Translations under genes and position numbers: made by a program
The notes under the pieces: generated by a model
The model's input: the letters and a program-made list of their open reading frames with translations, nothing else
The model's database searches: none
Told to the model about the DNA's origin: nothing
Source of the DNA: a virus
IMG/VR virus record: IMGVR_UViG_3300028584_001238
Strand: one strand, 5' to 3'
Length of the DNA: 64,000 nucleotides
Shown: positions 50,001 through 59,486 of the stretch, one piece after another
Layout: every line of letters starts with the position of its first letter
Position numbering within the stretch: position 1 is the stretch's first letter

Positions 50001-50720
50001 ATGGCAATCAAACCACTACCAGCCAGATTTTTTTATATGGACGATCACGAACAAATACAACTAATCTACGATCAATTAAGGAACGTTTTTGATTCATGGT
50101 TGTTTTTTGAACATTACACTATAGATATAGTTAAGCGTGGATTGACACCAGTGTCGATTAATTTTAATATCATGACACACTATGAAGAAACGCTTAAAGT
50201 AGTCTATAAGGCTGAGAAAAATACGATCACCATTCATAAAATGACAAACAATATTTCAAGGCATTTGTTAAAGCATAAGGAAATGAATGAGATGAAGACA
50301 TCATTTATTGACATTGTTGAGCGGTATTCATTGAAAAATCTGTTTATTATTGATCCCAATATGACCTATCAAACGGCTGTCGAGTTGGTAAACGCTCTCC
50401 TATCAAGACAGCATGGCATTTTAATAAACCTCAATACAAATAGAATTGAATATACAGTTATTTTTCATTTTAACGACAGAACTGTAAAATTAACCATAAA
50501 CTTAAACAACGATGAAAATAAGATTACCTTAGATTATCATAAAAAGATAAAGAAAACAGTAAAAGGCTATACTAGTGAAACAAGTAAGACTGTATCATTG
50601 ACAAAAACCTATTATGAAGCCTTTGAACACTGCTTCTATGATTTGTATCTCAAATCAGAATACAATATACCAAGAAGAACAAAAGACGCTTTAAAAGTGA
50701 TTGAAATGTTGGTTATTTAA
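50001..50720 (+). CDS. hypothetical, MxxI-tagged
   Basis: Ends ALKVIEMLVI; AAGGAG RBS. Confidence 0.75.
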   Translation: MAIKPLPARFFYMDDHEQIQLIYDQLRNVFDSWLFFEHYTIDIVKRGLTPVSINFNIMTHYEETLKVVYKAEKNTITIHKMTNNISRHLLKHKEMNEMKTSFIDIVERYSLKNLFIIDPNMTYQTAVELVNALLSRQHGILINLNTNRIEYTVIFHFNDRTVKLTINLNNDENKITLDYHKKIKKTVKGYTSETSKTVSLTKTYYEAFEHCFYDLYLKSEYNIPRRTKDALKVIEMLVI

Positions 50721-50736
50721 TTAGGAGACAAATAAC

Positions 50737-51180
50737 ATGGGACAACTGACCTTAACAATGCAACAACATAATGGTATAACCTGCATTGCTGATATTGACT
50801 TCACAGAAGCTGATTGCATTAAGAAATTGGAAGATCTAATATCAAAAAGAATGACAAGCCTATCAGTAGAGGCTTCTTTCAAAGACGGTCAATGTGTTAA
50901 TATCCATGTGGATGACAAAGATTTGAAAAAGATAATCAAGCAAGGTTATCTCTATGCAGCCTTTGACTATCATCCAAACAACAGTGGCTATGGCATTCCA
51001 CTGGTTATCAAAGCCAGTAAGTCTGGATTAGTGAAAGCTTTCAAAGCCAATCACGATCCAGAAGCTACTGAATTTAAGATCTTTAGAGATTGCTTTAATG
51101 CTGCGGCTTTTACACTGGACAAAAATAACATTCCTGCAGGATTTACTGGCTATAAATTTTACGGTCTTAAAATATCTTAA
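50737..51180 (+). CDS. hypothetical protein
   Basis: 147 aa, AGGAG RBS, terminator downstream. Confidence 0.7.
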   Translation: MGQLTLTMQQHNGITCIADIDFTEADCIKKLEDLISKRMTSLSVEASFKDGQCVNIHVDDKDLKKIIKQGYLYAAFDYHPNNSGYGIPLVIKASKSGLVKAFKANHDPEATEFKIFRDCFNAAAFTLDKNNIPAGFTGYKFYGLKIS

Positions 51181-51236
51181 AATTTAGACAAAAGAAAAGG
51201 TGACTATCAAAGTCACCTTTTTTATTTTCTAGCCAT

Positions 51237-51725
51237 TTAACAAGACAAATACGACATGTCATCTCGCAAACCCATAATAGAATCATTACATGTTCCAAAA
51301 AGTTTATCTGGATTCAAGTAGTGCATCTCATACCATTTGAATGCAAAGTCACTGCCAAATTCAACTTCAAAGCTCACTTCTCGACTGTTCGATATGAGAG
51401 TAAAGACGATTTTTTCAATATCAATTTGACTGTTAAAGAATACTGAACAGAAGTGAATGTTCTTATAGTTATCTGTCACATCATCACGAAGTGGAAAATA
51501 TTTTTCAATGTCTAATCCAGTTTCAAGACCTTTAATCACCAATTCAAATGACAACGGAACTACATCATTCTCAGTAGGTTCATGCTCTTTTAATTCAAAC
51601 GCCAAGTTGCTATTAACAGTCCTCAGATCTTTAATCATACTGGAAAGATAACGATTGTCACAAGGAAAATGATTAATGACGTTCATGGCAGATGAAATGA
51701 TTTTCTCTATATTAAGCATGGTCAT
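51237..51725 (-). CDS. hypothetical protein
   Basis: 162 aa, last gene of the nadK run. Confidence 0.7.
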   Translation of the reverse strand: MTMLNIEKIISSAMNVINHFPCDNRYLSSMIKDLRTVNSNLAFELKEHEPTENDVVPLSFELVIKGLETGLDIEKYFPLRDDVTDNYKNIHFCSVFFNSQIDIEKIVFTLISNSREVSFEVEFGSDFAFKWYEMHYLNPDKLFGTCNDSIMGLRDDMSYLSC

Positions 51726-51736
51726 ATTATTAGATC

Positions 51737-51976
51737 CTATGGTTGATGTTTTTGTTTATCCTGCAGTTCAAAGAAAGCGTCCATTTGATACATCAATGTT
51801 TCGCCATTGTCACCATCACCACCTGTTTTCCAACCAAAATAGTCACCATAGTCTTTCAAATCATGGGCTTCTAAAAAAGCCATCAACTTTTCAGACATTG
51901 GATGATGTTCAACACCATCCGTCCAGCGATCAATATCTGTCAATCCTGCCGCTTTGGCATCGTCGTAGTCACTCAT
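51737..51976 (-). CDS. small acidic hypothetical protein
   Basis: WKTGGDGDNGETLMY motif; ATGA coupling to nadK. Confidence 0.7.
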   Translation of the reverse strand: MSDYDDAKAAGLTDIDRWTDGVEHHPMSEKLMAFLEAHDLKDYGDYFGWKTGGDGDNGETLMYQMDAFFELQDKQKHQP

Positions 51977-52863
51977 ACGCCACGACCATTATTCCAGTGA
52001 AGCTTGGTGCTCAGCATACTGTAAAAGTTGAAGTCATCTGGCAACAGCACACGGGATTCTTCTGGGAGCAGTTCAATGCTGAAGGTTTCATCTTCGGTTA
52101 CTGGGATGTCAGTATGTGGCTGACCGTCAATAAAGACTTTTGCGTTATTGTGGAACTTCAAACGGATAATGGAGTTACGACCAATAATCAAAGGGCGAAT
52201 ACCCAAGATAGTTGGAGCAACCATCATGATTTGCATACAGCGAACAGTCGGGTCAACAATCGCCCCGCCAGAGTTCATGTTGTAAGCCGTCGAACCACAA
52301 GGGCCAGAAATCAACAAGGCGTTAGCTTTGTAGTGACCAGCTTTACTGACTTGGCCTTTATAATCAACTTCAATAGAGAAGTCGAGAACTTGGTTAACCT
52401 GATCAGATGTAAAGGTGTATTCGTTGACAGCCATACCCACTTCTTGACGGTTGTTAAAACTATGTTTGAGAATGCTTCGGTGTTCTACACGAGATTGGAA
52501 GCCATTTTCAAGAAATTTGAAGACAGACATGTCATACACATTTTCGATGTTGTAGGGTGTCAAGAAGCCTACGTTACCAGCGTTAATGCCGACAACAATA
52601 GATTTGGTGACAACGTGATCTTGCATGGTGTGCAGCATAGTGCCGTCACCACCAATCGAAAACACATAGTCAATGGTAGATTCATCATCAGACGCTTCAC
52701 GCCAACCAGCCTTACTCATAACAGAATGAATAAAGGCAATCAGCTTAGTGATTTCAGCTTGTTTAGTCACAGACTCTTGGGAGTAGTTCAGTTTAATGCA
52801 GACTTTATAGGTGTTATTCATAGTGATAATCTCATTTTTTTGATTTGAGTTATTATACCACAA
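51973..52863 (-). CDS. nadK: NAD kinase
   Basis: GGDGT, GINAGNVGFL, NE motif, GSTAYNMNSGGAIV, IDG. Confidence 0.92.
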   Translation of the reverse strand: MWYNNSNQKNEIITMNNTYKVCIKLNYSQESVTKQAEITKLIAFIHSVMSKAGWREASDDESTIDYVFSIGGDGTMLHTMQDHVVTKSIVVGINAGNVGFLTPYNIENVYDMSVFKFLENGFQSRVEHRSILKHSFNNRQEVGMAVNEYTFTSDQVNQVLDFSIEVDYKGQVSKAGHYKANALLISGPCGSTAYNMNSGGAIVDPTVRCMQIMMVAPTILGIRPLIIGRNSIIRLKFHNNAKVFIDGQPHTDIPVTEDETFSIELLPEESRVLLPDDFNFYSMLSTKLHWNNGRGV

Positions 52864-52939
52864 TAGTAAAAAATTACAATCAATTTATAAAAAAACGCCT
52901 AGTCAAAGGCGTTTTTGATTTGTATTCAAAAGATATCTT

Positions 52940-53857
52940 TTATTTATCTTTCGTTAAAACATCAGGTTCTACAGTTTTTATAACTTCACCACCTTCCTTA
53001 ATGTTTTTATTGCCTTCTGGTATGGTTGGTGTTAAAACATCAGTGCCAGTGCCAGTGCCAGTGCCAGTGCCAGTGCCAGTGCCAGTGCCAGTGCCAGTGC
53101 CAGTGCCAGTGCCAGTGCCAGTGCCAGTGCCAGTGCTAGGCTGAATATCTTCAATTTTGATTGCCACTGTTTTATAATTGTTAACAAACTTTGTTTGAAA
53201 ATCCATCATATCATTATAGGAAACTACACCATGTTTTGTAATCTCATACAATTCTTTCTGAACGGTTTCATTTTCTACGCCCTTATAACGAAGCAAGAAT
53301 GTATTATAGTCTGAACCAAAGATGTAATAACTATTTGCAAATAAAGATTTGTTCTGTGATTCCAAATATTTCTTATATTTTGCAACTCTTTCATTAAGTA
53401 ACGAAACATAAGCTGCTCTGCTTTCTTTATCTTTCTCAAAATTATCAAGTTGATATTTATATTGAATATAATCGGGATGCTGAGTGATTTTTGTAAATGT
53501 TGCCGCTCCAATAAAATTGAAGTTGGAACCATAATTTTTGAGTGCTTGTTGATACACTCTGTCTTCTTTACTCAATGGTGAGATTCCAAAATAAACAATA
53601 GGAGTAAAGACAACAGCAAGAGCCATAAGCCATACAAGCGATTTTTTAGGGTTATTTAAAAATGTCGAAGCATATGAGAAAGTAAAAAGTCCAAACAATG
53701 AGAACATTGTTAACAACAAAAAATTAACGCCTTCACCAAATGTATAACCATAATCACCTACAGCAGACTGATAATAAGTGGTGACAATCGAATGTCCACC
53801 TAAGACGCAGAACAGAATTGAAACTAAAAGCAAAATGCCAAATTTTAAATTATTCAT
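52940..53857 (-). CDS. three-TM membrane protein with a Gly-Thr repeat linker
   Basis: Three TM segments, soluble domain, GT dipeptide repeat near the C-terminus. Confidence 0.75.
   Translation of the reverse strand: MNNLKFGILLLVSILFCVLGGHSIVTTYYQSAVGDYGYTFGEGVNFLLLTMFSLFGLFTFSYASTFLNNPKKSLVWLMALAVVFTPIVYFGISPLSKEDRVYQQALKNYGSNFNFIGAATFTKITQHPDYIQYKYQLDNFEKDKESRAAYVSLLNERVAKYKKYLESQNKSLFANSYYIFGSDYNTFLLRYKGVENETVQKELYEITKHGVVSYNDMMDFQTKFVNNYKTVAIKIEDIQPSTGTGTGTGTGTGTGTGTGTGTGTGTGTGTGTDVLTPTIPEGNKNIKEGGEVIKTVEPDVLTKDK
53041..53136. repeat. perfect hexamer microsatellite (CAGTGC)16
   Basis: 96 nt uninterrupted repeat, in frame within the CDS. Confidence 0.95.
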
Positions 53858-53860
53858 AGA

Positions 53861-54535
53861 TTAAACTCCAAACTTTATAGTATGTACCATTGAAACAGTT
53901 TCAGAACGTTGTAAAGATGCAGGATTACTGATAAGGTAGTCCACCACTTCATCTTCAAATTTTGAATAATCCCATGCTGTTAAGAATGGTGAGTTCAATA
54001 ATTCCTTAAATTTAGCTTCAAATCCTTTCATTTGCTCATTACGTTGTCCATAGGTCATAAAAAAGTTGGTCATATTGCCAAGCTTATCAATATCTGCCTT
54101 TTGAAAATAGGTTGTATTATAGTCACCAAACAAATCAAGATCCTTATGAGCGATAACATTGTTAATAAGCTTTCGCTGATTAGAATTTTCAGGATATAGT
54201 TCTGGATTCATATAGGTAGCATATCCCAGATAATAACGAATGGTTGATTGTTTATAAACATCAAAATAACCAATAACAGCAAAGAAAGCTAAAAGCCCAA
54301 CAACTCTCCACTGAAATTTAACAGGCATGAAGATAAGAATAACAAAAGCTACAAAGACGTTAACTAATACAACATTCCACAATAAATTAGAGCTGAGTGT
54401 AGTGCTTTTATCCATATATAAAGCAGCCCCAAGATAAAGGCCAAGCATAGCAATTAGATAGGCGAAAAAAGAAAAAAAGAATGTTGTTAAAACTGATTCA
54501 GCAAAGGATGTTTCTTTTAATGTATTACTCGACAT
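53861..54535 (-). CDS. three-TM membrane protein
   Basis: Same architecture as 52940..53857; GAGGA RBS. Confidence 0.75.
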   Translation of the reverse strand: MSSNTLKETSFAESVLTTFFFSFFAYLIAMLGLYLGAALYMDKSTTLSSNLLWNVVLVNVFVAFVILIFMPVKFQWRVVGLLAFFAVIGYFDVYKQSTIRYYLGYATYMNPELYPENSNQRKLINNVIAHKDLDLFGDYNTTYFQKADIDKLGNMTNFFMTYGQRNEQMKGFEAKFKELLNSPFLTAWDYSKFEDEVVDYLISNPASLQRSETVSMVHTIKFGV

Positions 54536-54592
54536 GGTTAGATCCTCTTAAGTCATGGAGAATCTAACACAAATAAAACAAAAAAGCAATTA

Positions 54593-54838
54593 CTACGAAG
54601 TTTTAATTTCGTTTTTCTTCTCTTCCAACTCATCAAAAACTTTATCTTGTCGAGCCATCTGGTCAACAATCCATTCACCTGACTTTTGGTCAATAAGATA
54701 AGTGCGACCATTCAATGTGACCTCAAAAGGGTTCTTCAAACGACTGTAATACCAACGCCTAATAAAAGGCCAACTAACCATGCCAACCAACACTACTGAG
54801 AAGAAGATAACAAGAGCAATATTTAGATTATGATTCAT
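54593..54838 (-). CDS. small single-TM protein
   Basis: 81 aa; AGGAG RBS. Confidence 0.7.
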   Translation of the reverse strand: MNHNLNIALVIFFSVVLVGMVSWPFIRRWYYSRLKNPFEVTLNGRTYLIDQKSGEWIVDQMARQDKVFDELEEKKNEIKTS

Positions 54839-54847
54839 AGGTTTCTC

Positions 54848-55252
54848 CTAGACTGTTTTACGACGAATATTACGGCATTTACGGGTGTGTGGTTGTTTAC
54901 GCTTAACTTCGTCTTCATCATCCCAAATCGGCGTGTTATGGGTCATTAGAATGCATTCTAGCAGCAATTGACGGAAGCGATCAAGTCGTTCAGGAACTTC
55001 AACACTTAATACAGTGGAGTTTGCCCAACGATCCATATCAGTAGACGATACATCAAGGGTGTTGGTTGACTCATTATAACGAAACTGGCGACCAGACTCA
55101 AAGTGCTGCCAATACGGTGAACGACAATTTTTACTGCGTTCATAAGCAATGTCTTGACGCTGCAGACCCATTTCATCGGCCACAAAATAGATTTCATCCA
55201 TTTTATAATCTGGGTTTTTACTAAACTTTTGTGCTGACATGCTTATCTCCAT
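54848..55252 (-). CDS. hypothetical protein (likely start MSAQK)
   Basis: GGAG RBS; MDRWANS motif. Confidence 0.7.
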   Translation of the reverse strand: MEISMSAQKFSKNPDYKMDEIYFVADEMGLQRQDIAYERSKNCRSPYWQHFESGRQFRYNESTNTLDVSSTDMDRWANSTVLSVEVPERLDRFRQLLLECILMTHNTPIWDDEDEVKRKQPHTRKCRNIRRKTV

Positions 55253-55339
55253 TTATAAACCTGACATAATTATACCATAAATAGATTATATGAAGCAACA
55301 AAAAAGGAGCCTCTCGGCTCCCTTTTATTCACATTCGTA

Positions 55340-55939
55340 TTAGAGAATGTTTACACCTTTATCAACACCAGTTTTGAACGTTTCAACAGAAGTTTCAGAC
55401 ATAATCACTGGGTAATCATCTTTACCACCATCGTAACCGATGTTCTTACGTGGCATACCGAGAATATCTTTCAAGATAAAACCACCAACCGTGTCATCAA
55501 GCATGTTATAAGCAACTTTCTTGTTATCAATCACACGAGTAATCTTGGATTGGAAATCAAGTCGGCCACCCACCATTTCTTTCTGAATATTGGTAAACAA
55601 GCTTTGGTCAATGTTAGGGTTCTGTTCTTTCAAGAACTGAAACACAGCTTTCGAACCATCAGCACCATAACGACCTTCGTTGCTTGCCTTAATGATTTCA
55701 CTCAATTGCTTGGTTGCCATCTTAGGCACCTGAGCCATTTCTTGAATGCGAAGAACGTAGTTAGAGTGAACGTTTTTCGATTCATCGTAAGAAGTAACAA
55801 TGTTGTTTTCAATTCGAACAAAAGCGTTTCGCTTTGAAATCACCATGCTACCGAAAATAAGACAACATACCAAAATCAGAGACAGGAAGCCCAAAATAGC
55901 CAAGGTGCCACTACCGCGTTGTTTATTCATTGTATTCAT
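55340..55939 (-). CDS. LemA-like membrane-anchored protein
   Basis: N-terminal TM then helical domain with GRYG...FQFLKEQNP...GRLDFQ motifs seen in phage LemA-like proteins. Confidence 0.65.
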   Translation of the reverse strand: MNTMNKQRGSGTLAILGFLSLILVCCLIFGSMVISKRNAFVRIENNIVTSYDESKNVHSNYVLRIQEMAQVPKMATKQLSEIIKASNEGRYGADGSKAVFQFLKEQNPNIDQSLFTNIQKEMVGGRLDFQSKITRVIDNKKVAYNMLDDTVGGFILKDILGMPRKNIGYDGGKDDYPVIMSETSVETFKTGVDKGVNIL

Positions 55940-56071
55940 TCTTTCTACTCTCCTTTAAGAGTGGTTTAAGTTAGGTTATAAGTATAGCAAGTAAATCGTT
56001 ATGTAGCAATTGTTTTTTTACATTTTTTGAAGATTTTTACATCTGTTAAAATAAGCCCCGAAGGGCTTATC

Positions 56072-57175
56072 TTAGCGAAAACGTCTACGGAAACCATCAC
56101 CGAAAAAGTCTTCTTTGACAATCAAGAAGTTCAAACCCAAGTTGATGATAAGAGCGAAGACTATACCAACAATCAATGCCGTTGTCGAGGGTCTTAACTC
56201 TTCCAACAAGTATTTAAATTGCTCGAAATCAAGGCGATGAAACCGCTCACCAATGTTATCATTCAAGATATTTACATACTGTTTTGCATCAAATTGCTTC
56301 ATGGTTGCAATATCAAATTCAATGGACTTGTCGAATGTTGCAGTATCAGCACGAGAGAATACACGATTCCAACCCACTTTACCAGTGCTGTCTACTTGAA
56401 CAATCACAACAATATCGTTCTTCTTACCACCCAACCAGTGAGACTGAAGTGCATGGTAGAAGTCTTCTTGATAAGTGTCATCGACAAAGACAGCAATCAC
56501 GTTACCTTGTTTTAATGGCCCCCATTTACGCATTTGTTCGTTCAACATAATGTTCAAATCGTTAGATGGAACACCGACCTGACCCAACGTAATGACTCGG
56601 TTGATACGGTAGTAGTCATAAATCTCTGGATAAGCAGGCAGTTTACCAACATACTTCTCTTGCATAGCTTTCGATTCAACAAACAGAGTGTCCGGTGCTG
56701 CTTTAATGTAGTTGGTGAAGTTGCGAGTGGTCGCAAAAGGTTCACCCACTTCAACTTTGCTGAAACGTGGCGGCTGTTTTACACCTTGACGATCAACACG
56801 ATTAATCAGTTCACGACCTACGTTACTGTCAACTTGCCAATCAACGTCGTAGTTGTGGTCATAGCACGTCTGACATACAGTTGTATAGGTTGGATTACCT
56901 TTGCTATCACTGCCCGAGCGTTGTTGCGTGCAATTACACTGGTAAGAGTGTTCACAAGAAACACGTTCTGATTGTTTACTGGTTACTTGACCACTCCAAA
57001 TTTCGGTATCCCATGTCGCATGAAGGTTGATAAGGAAATAAAACACAGTCACACAAATAACGTTAATGAAAGAAACAAGTAGATATTCTTTCACAGTCAC
57101 TTCATGTGGGAAAATGAATTTACAAATCAATGGAAGGATGAAAGCACACGGAATGCCGATTAGAAACAACTCCAT
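56072..57175 (-). CDS. membrane protein with Cys-rich extracytoplasmic domain
   Basis: Two N-terminal TM, CEHSYQCNC...CQTCYDH, WLGGKKND, C-terminal TM. Confidence 0.75.
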   Translation of the reverse strand: MELFLIGIPCAFILPLICKFIFPHEVTVKEYLLVSFINVICVTVFYFLINLHATWDTEIWSGQVTSKQSERVSCEHSYQCNCTQQRSGSDSKGNPTYTTVCQTCYDHNYDVDWQVDSNVGRELINRVDRQGVKQPPRFSKVEVGEPFATTRNFTNYIKAAPDTLFVESKAMQEKYVGKLPAYPEIYDYYRINRVITLGQVGVPSNDLNIMLNEQMRKWGPLKQGNVIAVFVDDTYQEDFYHALQSHWLGGKKNDIVVIVQVDSTGKVGWNRVFSRADTATFDKSIEFDIATMKQFDAKQYVNILNDNIGERFHRLDFEQFKYLLEELRPSTTALIVGIVFALIINLGLNFLIVKEDFFGDGFRRRFR

Positions 57176-57281
57176 TATTTAACTCCTGAGTGGATGAAGG
57201 TTGATGGAGCGATTATACACAAATAATGCTGTCAACGCAATAAAAAAGACCTCGATAGGAGGTCTTTTTTTATCTATTTTC

Positions 57282-57497
57282 TCATTTTATTCGAGAAAAG
57301 ATGGTTTGAGGCACCTCATTAGGGTGGTTGTGCCACACTTTTAGGGCATAATGGCAACGAACAATATCTGATAGGGCTGGGAACTCGTTAAGATCCACAT
57401 TTGCAATTTCATGCTGAACATCTACCTTTACAAAACCATCACGGTCAAAAAGTTCCTTACCAGAATGATTTTCGCCTTTTGCATTAAAATACGTCAT
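57282..57497 (-). CDS. small hypothetical protein
   Basis: 71 aa; AAGGAG RBS; terminator 57242-57271. Confidence 0.65.
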   Translation of the reverse strand: MTYFNAKGENHSGKELFDRDGFVKVDVQHEIANVDLNEFPALSDIVRCHYALKVWHNHPNEVPQTIFSRIK

Positions 57498-57611
57498 TTC
57501 TTAAATCTCCTTGTCGAATACTGTTAGAATACCTGATGAAATAGTTTCGTCAACGCCTTTTTAAATGTCTTCCATTTTTTTTATCTTCGATAAAATTTAA
57601 AATAGCCTTAA

Positions 57612-58529
57612 TCATATTTCCACCATTTGTTTTAATTCCCAATAAGATTCATAATCATGTGACATGAACTCTGCTGTCAACGAAGGGTCTAACTCCCATG
57701 AATTAATAAGTTCATAAGATTCAGCCAATGGAAATATAAATTTATCCACGATTAATTCAAATTTAACATTGCTATCTTCTTTAAAAGTACACTCTTTGAT
57801 AACATCATTAGCTTTTATTAATTGCATAGTACACATGTACTCACATCTATAATCAACAGTGTCAATCCATCTTCTAATAACAAGTTGTGCTTTACGATCT
57901 GTTTCAAATTCTGAATTTTTTTTCTGTGCTTCATAACTCAAAATAGGGCAGAAATTATTAACAAACATATTAATTTCACAAAGAGCTTCAAAATAATAAC
58001 CATTTTTCAAATTTTCTTTAAATACAATATAATGAGAACAATCATCGTACAAAGATTTTCTTCGTTGCCTTGAAATAAATTGATGATTACTTGATGGGAG
58101 ATAAATTAAATTACACTTTAACAATCCGATGTAATTAAATTCTGCTGGAATCGTTATTATTACATCATTGTTTTCAACAGAACTGTTTATAAATAAGTAA
58201 TGATGTTCTTCATGTCTTAAATAGCGTCGAGTTAGTCTAACCACTTGAATACTGTCAGAGTATGAAAACAGTCTTTCTTTGAATTCATTAAAAGGATCTA
58301 TGTCGAATTCTTTATATAGTGCAGTCAATATAAAATTAATAGCCTCATCAATAATACGAATATCCATGTCTTTATTAATGTAATCGTAGGTATAAAGAGT
58401 GACTTGATCATAATCAAAAGAATCCTTCAAATAAGTCATGAAGGTTTCTATTTTTTTATTGACAGTCATCATGGTCAAATAATTGTAATCACTGTCTTTT
58501 ATTGTTTTAAATTTATAACCATCTTTCAT
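57612..58529 (-). CDS. hypothetical, MxxI-tagged
   Basis: Ends YWELKQMVEI; N-terminus resembles 58542..59387 (FMTYLKDSFDYD versus FLNHLKSTYDFD). Confidence 0.75.
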   Translation of the reverse strand: MKDGYKFKTIKDSDYNYLTMMTVNKKIETFMTYLKDSFDYDQVTLYTYDYINKDMDIRIIDEAINFILTALYKEFDIDPFNEFKERLFSYSDSIQVVRLTRRYLRHEEHHYLFINSSVENNDVIITIPAEFNYIGLLKCNLIYLPSSNHQFISRQRRKSLYDDCSHYIVFKENLKNGYYFEALCEINMFVNNFCPILSYEAQKKNSEFETDRKAQLVIRRWIDTVDYRCEYMCTMQLIKANDVIKECTFKEDSNVKFELIVDKFIFPLAESYELINSWELDPSLTAEFMSHDYESYWELKQMVEI

Positions 58530-58541
58530 ATTTGAAATTCC

Positions 58542-59387
58542 TTATATTTTTAACATATCAATAGTAAGTTTAAAATCTTTGTTCATGGACTTTACAAAAT
58601 CTGGTGTAAACGATAATGGCAATTGAATTCCAACTTCATTAATAATAGCTTCTGTTAAATTGTAAGGAAATAGAAATTCATCTAAAAATAAAGTAAACTC
58701 ATCCATTGAGCTATAATTTTCTTCTTTTAAAAGTGTGTTCCCATAAAACAATTTAGCACAATAATTAGTTTTATTATCATCATAAATATCAACAGTAACT
58801 TCTAAATCACGATGACCAGTTTCTAGTCTTACATAATAAGGTCTTTTATAATCATCTAACATACCATTTTTTAACAATGGAAATCTAATTGAATAAGAGG
58901 GTCTTAAACAAGCAGGTTGCTGATTATTGGTAAATTTATAGTTGGTTATCTTAATTAGTTCTTTGTAATAATATCCAAAACCATCAAGATGGGGAAATGA
59001 AGCAAACAAATTACGATCAGTTAAATACTTAAATGAAATGCTATAGCCAGTAACATTTTCCGAAAATAAAGCATAATCATACGATTTGGACATTGTGTAG
59101 TTACGTGAAAGTTTTATAATAGAATAATCATATTCGGATATGATCTTGTTAGTGAGTTCTTGAATGCTATCAGGATCGGCGGTTGATAGACCAAGCGGTC
59201 TATTATCACGAATAATAATTGAAGTGGCAATAATTCTAATGATTTTAAGAAAATCTGTATCATCTTTTTTAATTATGCAGGCTTCATCAAAATCATAGGT
59301 TGACTTTAAATGATTTAAAAATAAATCTTCATTATTGACTTTTTTATTAAAATATTTAGTTAACCATTTCATAGAATTCTCCCCCAA
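58542..59387 (-). CDS. hypothetical, MxxI-tagged
   Basis: Ends FKLTIDMLKI. Confidence 0.75.
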   Translation of the reverse strand: MGENSMKWLTKYFNKKVNNEDLFLNHLKSTYDFDEACIIKKDDTDFLKIIRIIATSIIIRDNRPLGLSTADPDSIQELTNKIISEYDYSIIKLSRNYTMSKSYDYALFSENVTGYSISFKYLTDRNLFASFPHLDGFGYYYKELIKITNYKFTNNQQPACLRPSYSIRFPLLKNGMLDDYKRPYYVRLETGHRDLEVTVDIYDDNKTNYCAKLFYGNTLLKEENYSSMDEFTLFLDEFLFPYNLTEAIINEVGIQLPLSFTPDFVKSMNKDFKLTIDMLKI

Positions 59388-59486
59388 ATAATGTAACTCA
59401 AATATCTATTTTGTCAAACTTGAAAATATTGTTTTTCACGACAAATAAAAGAAAAACCCTCGAAAGGGTTTCTTTTAACAGTAGTC

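Noticed and set aside
51676-52848. 390 aa plus-strand ORF
   Set aside because: Antisense shadow of NAD kinase and its neighbour; no motifs or RBS
52845-53144. Pro-Val repeat ORF, or a CRISPR array
   Set aside because: It is the opposite-strand reading of the hexamer microsatellite and has no spacers; I found no CRISPR array anywhere in the window
1640-59387. MxxI tag as a CaaX prenylation or ssrA-type degron motif
   Set aside because: Position -4 is Met rather than Cys, the context is bacterial, and the ends lack the terminal Ala-Ala of ssrA tags
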